DNA from: an uncultured Gammaproteobacteria bacterium
Lineage (GTDB): Bacteria > Patescibacteriota > Microgenomatia > UBA12405
Direction of reading: 5' to 3'
Length of the DNA: 53,639 bases
NCBI GenBank assembly: GCA_964516665.1
Contig: CAZEXG010000002.1
Span: 1-53,639 of the forward strand
The position numbers and the translations under genes are program-made. Shown piece by piece: positions 27,987 through 35,319 of this stretch. The notes beneath the pieces were generated by a model. The model was not told the origin of the DNA. It saw only the letters and a program-made list of their open reading frames with translations, and made no database searches. Each line of letters opens with the position of its first letter. Position 1 is the stretch's first letter.

Positions 27987-28804
27987 ACAGGTTAAATACC
28001 TCTTTATTCGAATCAAATACAAATAATAATTCATTTGTAAGCAGGACAAATATGAAAAATTATAACGTTTCTGAAATCAAACCTTTAATCGACAACGCCA
28101 AATCTGCCTTAATTGCCGTTCCTACCCTTTCTGTTGATAGTTTGGGTGCTGCTTTGGCTTTAGCTTTAACCCTCAAAAAACAAGGTAAAGACGTTAAAGT
28201 TTTTTGTCCTCAAAAACCCGATCAAAATTATCAAAAACTTAGCGGTTTGGAGCTTTTAAGCGATAATTATTCCAATTCTGATTTAATCCTTTCTTTAGAC
28301 TATCCTATCGATCAAATCGAAGCTGTTTCCTACAATGACGACGGTGGCCACCTGAATCTGGTTGTTAAAACCAAATCCGGTGCCTCCAAAGTCGAATCTA
28401 ACCAGATTTTGATTAACAATAATGGTGGCTCTGCTGATGTTAATTTCATGCTTGGTGACGAATCAGGCTTGGCTTTAGCTGCTTCCATGGTCAATCAAGG
28501 TAATTGGATTTTTGTCACTCCGGCTCAAGTCACTAAAAGCTGGGCTAAAGCTACTCTTTTTGACCCTGATGCCCCTTTTTCTGAAATGTTTACATTCTTA
28601 TTACCTATGCTTGGGTTAAATCTTGATATGGATTCCGCCAAAGACCTTTTAATCGGTCTTCGTGTGGCTACTCAGTCCTTTTCTGTTAATGTTTCCCCGG
28701 AAACTTTTGAAGCTGGTGCCCTTTGTCTTCGGGCTACTCAACCTGAAGAGAGCCTAGCTCAAAACCCTGAGCCTCTTCAAGCTAATCCCACTCCGACCGT
28801 TTAA
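27983..28804 (+). CDS. DHH/NrnA-like protein with degenerate catalytic motifs
   Basis: ALIAVPTLSVDSLGAALALALTLKKQGKDVKVF resembles the NrnA N-terminus (H..PDGDA.GS..AL...L...GK.V). I see no DGD or DHH motifs. ATGA overlap with the infB stop. Alternative start at ATG 28052. Confidence 0.45.
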   Translation: MNRLNTSLFESNTNNNSFVSRTNMKNYNVSEIKPLIDNAKSALIAVPTLSVDSLGAALALALTLKKQGKDVKVFCPQKPDQNYQKLSGLELLSDNYSNSDLILSLDYPIDQIEAVSYNDDGGHLNLVVKTKSGASKVESNQILINNNGGSADVNFMLGDESGLALAASMVNQGNWIFVTPAQVTKSWAKATLFDPDAPFSEMFTFLLPMLGLNLDMDSAKDLLIGLRVATQSFSVNVSPETFEAGALCLRATQPEESLAQNPEPLQANPTPTV

Positions 28805-28815
28805 GTAAACCTGCT

Positions 28816-29010
28816 ATGAAATATATCTGTGAACAATGTCCCTTTTTTTGCGCCAAAAATACCTTGGGGGATAAAAACGACGTTCACAATTTTTCCCCCA
28901 AAAGGGATACCCTCGAGTCTCTTTTCGCTTTTCTTAACCCTCCTTCTCCAAAAGATTGTCCTTTAACCCGTGAATCTAAACCAAGACGTGCTATAATTCC
29001 TCAGCACTAA
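28816..29010 (+). CDS. Doubtful small ORF (64 aa, 4 Cys) in the rpsO upstream region
   Basis: ORF only, with no motif. The same DNA has several nested hairpins, so it may be a structured leader instead. Confidence 0.2.
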   Translation: MKYICEQCPFFCAKNTLGDKNDVHNFSPKRDTLESLFAFLNPPSPKDCPLTRESKPRRAIIPQH

Positions 29011-29072
29011 GTTTGGTTTTTTGGTAGCCATTCCAAAATATTATATTTTACCGATCTTAGCGTTTTAATCCT

Positions 29073-29342
29073 ATGGCATTAACCAAAGATGAAAAAGGTG
29101 AGATTATCACCAAGTATGCTCAAGCAAAAGGGGACACTGGTTCTCCCGAGATTCAAGTCTCGATTCTTAGTAAAGAAATCGAAAAACTCCAAGCTCATTT
29201 GAACGAGAATAAACACGATTCTCCCGCTAAAAGAGGACTTTTAAGTAAAATTGCTAAACGTCGTCGTTTACTCCGCTATCTTTCTATTCACAACGAAGAT
29301 CGCTACACTAAAATCATCAAGTCTCTTAACCTCAAAAAATAA
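29073..29342 (+). CDS. rpsO: 30S ribosomal protein S15
   Basis: 89 aa. GDTGSPEIQV, HLNENKHD, RGLL....RRRLLRYL. Confidence 0.96.
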   Translation: MALTKDEKGEIITKYAQAKGDTGSPEIQVSILSKEIEKLQAHLNENKHDSPAKRGLLSKIAKRRRLLRYLSIHNEDRYTKIIKSLNLKK

Positions 29343-29388
29343 GTCTTTGGTGACAGTTTATAATTAATTCATATTCATTTAATTCTAC

Positions 29389-31611
29389 ATGGCTAAAAAT
29401 TCTTGCGACATTGTTATTGGTGATAAAAAAATTACCTTATCTACGGGTCAATTAGCTCCACAAGCTAATGCTTCTGTTCTGGTCCAAATGGGTAAAACTG
29501 TGGTTTTGGCTACGGTTGTTTTAGGCGCTGTTGATAAAAGCAAGGATTATTTTCCTCTTTCGGTTGAATTTGTCGACAAACTTTACGCCGGCGGTTTAAT
29601 CAAAGGTGGTAAATGGATCAAGCGTGAAGGTGCTCCTTCAGATACTGCTATCCTTTTTGGCCGTATTATTGACCGTTCTATCCGTCCTCTTTTTCCTGCT
29701 GATTTTAAAAACGAGGTCCAGGTTATCGCTACCGTTTTAAGCAACGACAAGAATAATGATGTGGTTATTCCCGCATTTACCGCTGTTTCTGCTGCTTTAA
29801 TGCTTTCCGATATTCCTTTTAATGGTCCAGTTTCAGCCATCAGATTGGGCTTGGAAAACGGTAAAATTACCCTATTTCCCACCATTTCTGATCAATTAAA
29901 ATCCTCTCTTGATCTTTTAGTTTGTAAAGATCCTAAAGGTATCAATATGATCGAAGCTGACGCTAATATTGTTGATAACGACACCATTCTCCAGGCCATG
30001 AAACTTGGCTTTGAGACCGGCGAATCAATCAATCAGCAGCTCAGTGATTTTGCCCAAAAATACGGTAAAAAGAAAATTGAATATTTGCCTTTAACTCCTT
30101 CCCAGGAACTTTTAAGTGAAGTCGAGACTCTGATTAAAGATGACATTGCCCAATTTTTGGCTACCGGCGCCGATGGTGCCCATATTGCCGCTGAAGAAAT
30201 CATTAAAGATAAGGTCAAAACTGCCTACGAAGCTAAAATAGAATCAAAAGAAGTTGAAGAAAACCTTTTAATCGAAGCTGTCGATATTTTGATTCGCAAG
30301 TATTTCCGTCAATATACTCTGGCAGGTACCCGCTACGACAAAAGAGCCTTTGATGAAATCAGACCTCTTTCTGCTGAAGTTGGACTTTTACCCTGCACCC
30401 ATGGTTCCGCTCTTTTTCAACGCGGTCTAACCCAAGCTTTAACTATAACCACCCTTGGCTCCCTGGCAGAACAACAATATCTTCAGGATAGTAACGGTGA
30501 AGTAACCAAGCGCTATATTCACTACTATTCCGCCGCTCCTTTTTCCACCGGTCAAACCGGTCGAGTTGGTCGCCCTGGTCGTCGTGAAGTTGGTCATGGT
30601 GCTTTAGCTGAAAAAGCCTTAGTTCCCGTGATTCCTTCAGTTGAAGATTTTCCTTATACCATCACTTTAACCTCTGAGGTTATGTCTCAAAACGGTTCCT
30701 CTTCTATGGCTTCTACCTGTGGTTCCACCCTGTCTTTAATGGACGCCGGTGTTCCCATTAAAGATAAAGTTGCTGGTATTTCTGTTGGCATGATTTCTGA
30801 TGATTCAGACAAATATGTTTTACTCACCGACATTGCCGGCATCGAAGATCATTGTGGTGACATGGATTTCAAAATCACTGGTACCAGAAATGGTATTACT
30901 GCCATCCAATTGGATATCAAAAGAATGGGTCTTTCCCTTCAAATGATCGCTGACACTTTTGTCGCCTCCACCAAAGCCCGTCTCCAGATTTTAGATAAAA
31001 TTGATTCTGTCCTTTCTGCTCCTCGTGCCGAACTTTCCTCTTACGCTCCCAAGATCAAAATGATCACTCTACCGGAAGATAAAATTGGCGAAGTTATTGG
31101 CTCTGGTGGTAAAACCATCAAAGCTTTAATGGAAAAATACTCTGTCCAAATTGATATCGACGATGATGGTCGTGCTTCAATTTGTGCCATAGATAAGGAT
31201 AAAATAGATGCCTGTGCCGAAGAAATTGAAGCCATGATCAAAGAAGTTCAGGTTGGCGAAGAATACGACGGTGTGGTTACTCGGGTTGAAAATTATGGTG
31301 CCTTTGTCGAATTCCTTCCCGGTCGCGAAGCCTTACTCCACGTTTCTGAAATGAGCGGTGGCTTCCTTTCCGATCCTTCCTCAATTATCAAAATCGGTGA
31401 TCAGATTCACGTCAAAGTTTCTGGTTTCAACGAGAACCATCAAATTAAATTAAGCGCTCCCGAATTTAAAGCAGCCCATCCCGCTCCGCCCGCCGAAGCT
31501 TCAGCGGAGGCAGGGAACCCCCGATTGGGTGGTCGTCCTCAATTCCGAAATTTTGGTTCTGGCTCTCACCGCGCCTCTTTTGGAAACAGAGATAGAAACC
31601 GAGGCAGATAA
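29389..31611 (+). CDS. pnp: Polyribonucleotide nucleotidyltransferase (PNPase) with an Arg/Gly-rich C-terminal tail
   Basis: Two RNase PH domains, a KH domain (GKTIKAL) and an S1 domain (GAFVEFLPGREALLHVSE), then a tail about 46 aa long: ...GNPRLGGRPQFRNFGSGSHRASFGNRDRNRGR. Confidence 0.97.
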   Translation: MAKNSCDIVIGDKKITLSTGQLAPQANASVLVQMGKTVVLATVVLGAVDKSKDYFPLSVEFVDKLYAGGLIKGGKWIKREGAPSDTAILFGRIIDRSIRPLFPADFKNEVQVIATVLSNDKNNDVVIPAFTAVSAALMLSDIPFNGPVSAIRLGLENGKITLFPTISDQLKSSLDLLVCKDPKGINMIEADANIVDNDTILQAMKLGFETGESINQQLSDFAQKYGKKKIEYLPLTPSQELLSEVETLIKDDIAQFLATGADGAHIAAEEIIKDKVKTAYEAKIESKEVEENLLIEAVDILIRKYFRQYTLAGTRYDKRAFDEIRPLSAEVGLLPCTHGSALFQRGLTQALTITTLGSLAEQQYLQDSNGEVTKRYIHYYSAAPFSTGQTGRVGRPGRREVGHGALAEKALVPVIPSVEDFPYTITLTSEVMSQNGSSSMASTCGSTLSLMDAGVPIKDKVAGISVGMISDDSDKYVLLTDIAGIEDHCGDMDFKITGTRNGITAIQLDIKRMGLSLQMIADTFVASTKARLQILDKIDSVLSAPRAELSSYAPKIKMITLPEDKIGEVIGSGGKTIKALMEKYSVQIDIDDDGRASICAIDKDKIDACAEEIEAMIKEVQVGEEYDGVVTRVENYGAFVEFLPGREALLHVSEMSGGFLSDPSSIIKIGDQIHVKVSGFNENHQIKLSAPEFKAAHPAPPAEASAEAGNPRLGGRPQFRNFGSGSHRASFGNRDRNRGR

Positions 31612-31637
31612 TACCCGATAATTGTTTTTATCAACTA

Positions 31638-31670
31638 TTGGCTGCAGCAATGCAGCCAATTTTGTTTTTT
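31638..31670 (+). terminator. Rho-independent terminator of pnp
   Basis: TTGGCTGCA-GCAA-TGCAGCCAA (9-bp stem) followed by TTTTGTTTTTT. Confidence 0.85.
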
Positions 31671-31726
31671 ATTCCCTCGAACCCGTTTTAATATATTTGA
31701 TCTGGGCGCCTAAAGATCTCAATCTT
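31669..31726 (-). repeat. Displaced murA 3'-end fragment (left direct repeat of the insert)
   Basis: The minus-strand reading gives ...RLRSLGAQIKYIKTGSRE-TAA. It matches 33976-34033 at 51 of 58 positions by hand alignment. Confidence 0.8.
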
Positions 31727-31732
31727 AATACT

Positions 31733-31761
31733 TTGATAAAACAAGTAAAAAATACTACAAT
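31733..31761 (+). promoter_or_regulatory. Sigma70-like promoter TTGATA-N17-TACAAT at the left edge of the insert
   Basis: TTGATA at 31733-31738, a 17-nt spacer, TACAAT at 31756-31761, and 11 nt to ATG 31773. Confidence 0.5.
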
Positions 31762-31772
31762 ACACTTGCAAA

Positions 31773-32558
31773 ATGTTTGAAACAGAAAAAATAGATTTTA
31801 GCTTTACCGGAGAGACAAAAATACATTATAGTGATTCTATTGAATGTAGAATTATTAATAATCCAAACAAATATTTAGACACAATTCGAAAAAATAATTT
31901 GATAGCTCAAGCAACCGACATCTTAAAAAGGACAACAAGTTTAAATTTCATTGAAAAATCATCAAATTTAGAAACATACAATTCTCTATTTGGTATTTCA
32001 GATCGAGGAAAGGTACTATGTACTTTTGAGGATAAAACTACTTTAGTAGGTTTTATCTCCATGCAACTATTAAATGACGGCAATTACTATTTTCTTTATG
32101 ACAATTCAACTGTTCTACACCTAAGTTCCGGCCATATTCTTCCAGAATTTCAAGGTAATGACTTTATATATAAAACAATAATTAATTATTCAAATACACT
32201 TGAAAATAAATATGTACCCAAATACATAAGTGGGTACACTCAAAGTCCAAGATTGCTCAGATTAATGAGTTTTTTGATGCACAATAAAATAATCCCTAAC
32301 ATGACAGTTACTGACATTGATTTAGAACAAGGTCAACAGAAAGTTTTAGCCTTAATAGAGGGAAAAAACTATAATGAAAAAATAAAAAATAAATATGTAG
32401 TCATCGGAAAAGCCGGAATAAATATCTATAACTCAAAACTGACAAGCGGAAATCTTGAGTTTGATAATTATTTTTATGAAAAGTTGATGGTTGAGCCAGA
32501 AAAAGGAGATCTTGTCCACTATTTTGGTTTAATCCCAAAAAATTTACACAATAAATAG
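31773..32558 (+). CDS. Hypothetical protein, 261 aa (weak GNAT-like hint only)
   Basis: Intact ORF. ...LHLSSGHILPEFQGNDFIYKTI loosely resembles GNAT motif A. Asn/Lys/Ile-rich composition. Confidence 0.55.
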   Translation: MFETEKIDFSFTGETKIHYSDSIECRIINNPNKYLDTIRKNNLIAQATDILKRTTSLNFIEKSSNLETYNSLFGISDRGKVLCTFEDKTTLVGFISMQLLNDGNYYFLYDNSTVLHLSSGHILPEFQGNDFIYKTIINYSNTLENKYVPKYISGYTQSPRLLRLMSFLMHNKIIPNMTVTDIDLEQGQQKVLALIEGKNYNEKIKNKYVVIGKAGINIYNSKLTSGNLEFDNYFYEKLMVEPEKGDLVHYFGLIPKNLHNK

Positions 32559-33335
32559 ATGATAATTGGCATCAATCAACCATATTATTTACCGTATATA
32601 GGGGTCTTTGAAAGAATGAAGGCATGTGATTATTTTGTTATTAATCCATATACACCAGTAAATAGAAACCGGACAAAAGTTTTTCACCGCAGTGTCAAAA
32701 TTATTCAAACAAATCCTGAAGCAAAATTGGATAGTTTATATATTACTCAGTATGTTTCAAAAAATGATGACTTAGTATTTTATTCAGACATAAAACTCAA
32801 GACAGAATTCTGGGAGCGACAAAAAAATCATATTAAAACAATTTACTTTACGCATAAAAAATCAAAATACTTTTGCTATTTGGAAGAATTACTTAACTTA
32901 ATGAATGATACAAATATTAGTAATTTAGGGGAATACAATATTCGCCTTATAAAACATCTTGCGTTAATTCTGGGTTTAGAAGAAAAAATTATAGACGCTA
33001 GTAAAGACAAACGATTAGCAAAAATTGATTATCGTAAATGTCCAGGTGGTTTCAAAAATAAAAGTACCTATCTTGCTTATTCTATTTGTCATTCCCTAAA
33101 AGGTACAAAGCACATCACTGGTCCAATGGGTCCAAAATGGTTAGACATAAATTTTTTTAAACAGAATAATATAAAAATTAGCTATCAAAACAACAATCTG
33201 CAACCATATAAACAATATTGTCCTAAGAAAAAATTTGTTCCCGCTCTTAGTGTTATTGATTTAATTGCCAATCTTGGACCAAATGCAAGAGATTTCATTG
33301 GTCAAAATTCATCTTATATTGACGATAGTACATAA
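32559..33335 (+). CDS. WbqC-like family protein
   Basis: 258 aa. N-terminus MIIGINQPYYLPYIGVFERMKACDYFVI matches the characteristic WbqC-family start (QP.Y.PY.GYF....D.FV). Starts immediately after the upstream stop. Confidence 0.6.
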   Translation: MIIGINQPYYLPYIGVFERMKACDYFVINPYTPVNRNRTKVFHRSVKIIQTNPEAKLDSLYITQYVSKNDDLVFYSDIKLKTEFWERQKNHIKTIYFTHKKSKYFCYLEELLNLMNDTNISNLGEYNIRLIKHLALILGLEEKIIDASKDKRLAKIDYRKCPGGFKNKSTYLAYSICHSLKGTKHITGPMGPKWLDINFFKQNNIKISYQNNNLQPYKQYCPKKKFVPALSVIDLIANLGPNARDFIGQNSSYIDDST

Positions 33336-33380
33336 ACCGTAAATCTCCGTTTAGTTTACGTTAAAATTAATTAAAAAATA

Positions 33381-33875
33381 ATGCAAAATGGTTCTTTTTT
33401 AATACTATTGAACAAATCCAGAGACAAGGTATTTTTAATACTGAGATCGGATTTTCCAGTTTGGGTGTTAACTGGTGGTGGAATTGAACCAAAAGAAAGC
33501 CCTAAAAGTGCTGCTTTACGTGAAACTTATGAGGAAAGCAAATTTAAAGTAAAATTAATTAAATCTATTGGTTGTTATCGTCAATTAGACCGTCAAAATC
33601 GAGTTATAAAAACGGATCACATATTTGAAGGGCGGATAATTTCTGGAAATTATCAGCCGGAATATGACGGATGCCAAGGCAGATGGTTTCATCTGAATCA
33701 TCTGCCGCCTAATATGATTTTATTCACTAAAAAAATAATTGACGATACCATCAACTCAAAAAAAGTTTTTAATAAATATTATTACCATTCGTTTAGTTTT
33801 GTCGATATAAAACTCTTATTATTAGGTTTTACAAAAGCCTTTCGTTATTTTAAGCAAAAATATTTTATTAGGTAA
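33381..33875 (+). CDS. NUDIX hydrolase
   Basis: 164 aa. Nudix box GGGIEPKESPKSAALRETYEESKF fits GX5EX7REUXEEXGU. Confidence 0.8.
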   Translation: MQNGSFLILLNKSRDKVFLILRSDFPVWVLTGGGIEPKESPKSAALRETYEESKFKVKLIKSIGCYRQLDRQNRVIKTDHIFEGRIISGNYQPEYDGCQGRWFHLNHLPPNMILFTKKIIDDTINSKKVFNKYYYHSFSFVDIKLLLLGFTKAFRYFKQKYFIR

Positions 33876-33975
33876 CTTCTGCACACCCTTCCAGTTTACA
33901 ACTAAATTTTCAGTTAACAGAACGAGTATGAATCAAATTCTTTAGATTAAATTAACTATGCAATTTTTATAAAAA

Positions 33976-34033
33976 CTATTCCCTCGAAGCAGTCTTTATG
34001 TATTTGATCTGGGCACCTAAAGATCTCAATCTT
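33976..34033 (-). repeat. Right direct repeat, which is the functional 3' end of murA
   Basis: Encodes ...RLRSLGAQIKYIKTASRE-TAG. Partner of 31669-31726. Confidence 0.8.
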
Positions 34034-35319
34034 TCGGCTAATTTTTCATAACCTCTCTCAATATATTCCACCCCTTCAATTGTTGATTCTCCTTCCGCTG
34101 TTAGTGCCGCCAAAGTGGTGGTAGCCCCGGCTCTCAAATCGGCTACTTTTAAATTTGCCGCCTTTAATTTGCTAGGCCCGTAAATTTTTACTCCGTGAAA
34201 ATATTCTGCCTTATCGCTTTCCGGGTTAAAGTAGTAATAAGTTGCCGGGTCCTCTACCTCCGGTTGGAAAAATTTAGTTTTTGCTCCCATTTGATTTAAT
34301 AATCCAATATGCTGGAAACGGCTGGGAAAAACTCTTTCTACTACACTGCTCACTCCTACAGCCTGGGTTAAAACCAGACTAAAAACTGCCTGCCAATCAG
34401 TCATAAAACCCGGTTCTGGTTCAGTTTCTATCCCAATTGCTTTTAATGGTTTATTCCAGGAAACAAATACTTCATCTTTTCCCCATTTAGTCTCGGCTCC
34501 CATTTTTTCTACTGTTTTCAAAAAAGTGCCAATAATTTGGGGTTTAATTCTAAGAATACTAATTGATCCTTGGGTACTCAAAGCCGCGCAGGCAAAAGTC
34601 ACCGCTTCATTTCTATCAGAAATTATTTGATGCGAGGCTCCGTGTAGTTCTTTCACTCCTGAAACATAAATTGTGGCTGCATCTTCACTATCTCTTCTGA
34701 TTTTTCCGCCCATTAAATTTAACAATTCAATCAAATCGTCGATTTCCGGTTCGCAGGCCGCATTGTGAATTACAGTTTCTCCTTTTGCTGTTACTGCTGT
34801 CATCAAAATTACTTCTGTGGAAGTGTGCGACGGCTTATTAAAAGTATATTCAGTTCCCACTAAACCGCTTGTTTTTAAAGTGTAAGTACCATTTTCATTC
34901 TGAGTCACTTTGACATTCATTTGTTCTAGGCAGGCAAAAAGTCTATCTAAAGGTCTTTCTCCTAATTTATCTCCTCCAGGCGAGGGGAATGTGATCTCGC
35001 CAGCTCTGGCCAACAGTGGCCCGGTAAAAATAAATGAAGTTCTTGATTTTTCTCCAGCCCCATTAGGAATTTCACATCCTTTAATATTATCTGTTTTTAC
35101 GGTCAAACCATGTTCTCCAAATTCCGCAATTTCTGCTCCTAAACAAGTAGCAATACTTTCCGTTATTCTCACATCCGAAATCTGGGGCATGTTGGTTAGT
35201 TCAACCGTTTCTTTACTCAGCATCGAAGCGATTATTTGTTTGTAACTGGCATTTTTTGCCCCCCTAATAAACACCTCACCGCTAAGTGCCTTACCGCCAT
35301 TGATTATGTACTTTGACAT
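33976..35319 (-). CDS. murA: UDP-N-acetylglucosamine 1-carboxyvinyltransferase (MurA), Asp at the active-site Cys position
   Basis: 447 aa. IRGAKNA, SPGGDKLGERPLD (E. coli has LPGGCTIGARPVD), and conserved C-terminal DLRAGA...AAL.A.G. Confidence 0.95.
   Translation of the reverse strand: MSKYIINGGKALSGEVFIRGAKNASYKQIIASMLSKETVELTNMPQISDVRITESIATCLGAEIAEFGEHGLTVKTDNIKGCEIPNGAGEKSRTSFIFTGPLLARAGEITFPSPGGDKLGERPLDRLFACLEQMNVKVTQNENGTYTLKTSGLVGTEYTFNKPSHTSTEVILMTAVTAKGETVIHNAACEPEIDDLIELLNLMGGKIRRDSEDAATIYVSGVKELHGASHQIISDRNEAVTFACAALSTQGSISILRIKPQIIGTFLKTVEKMGAETKWGKDEVFVSWNKPLKAIGIETEPEPGFMTDWQAVFSLVLTQAVGVSSVVERVFPSRFQHIGLLNQMGAKTKFFQPEVEDPATYYYFNPESDKAEYFHGVKIYGPSKLKAANLKVADLRAGATTTLAALTAEGESTIEGVEYIERGYEKLAERLRSLGAQIKYIKTASRE

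Larger units (their letters stand above)
31669..34033 (+). mobile_element. Candidate integrated island (about 2.25 kb of cargo, 31727-33975) bounded by 58-nt direct repeats of the murA 3' end. No recombinase gene present.
   Basis: Evidence: the direct repeats, a visibly lower G+C in the cargo, cargo genes opposite in orientation to murA, an own promoter at the left edge, and placement exactly between the pnp terminator and murA. Confidence 0.55.

Noticed and set aside
21628-31241. Numerous 60-130-aa ORFs nested inside or antisense to dnaK, nusA, infB and pnp (for example 22507-22908, 27200-27544, 29583-29885)
   Set aside because: All lie fully within strongly supported conserved genes, have skewed low-complexity composition, and have no independent start or promoter signals. 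They are typical shadow ORFs. The same applies to the similar nested ORFs elsewhere in the track.
33876-33975. 100-bp non-coding right end of the insert as a possible attachment site or small RNA
   Set aside because: No inverted repeat, hairpin or similarity to the left end beyond the 58-nt murA repeat was visible. There is nothing to support a specific call.
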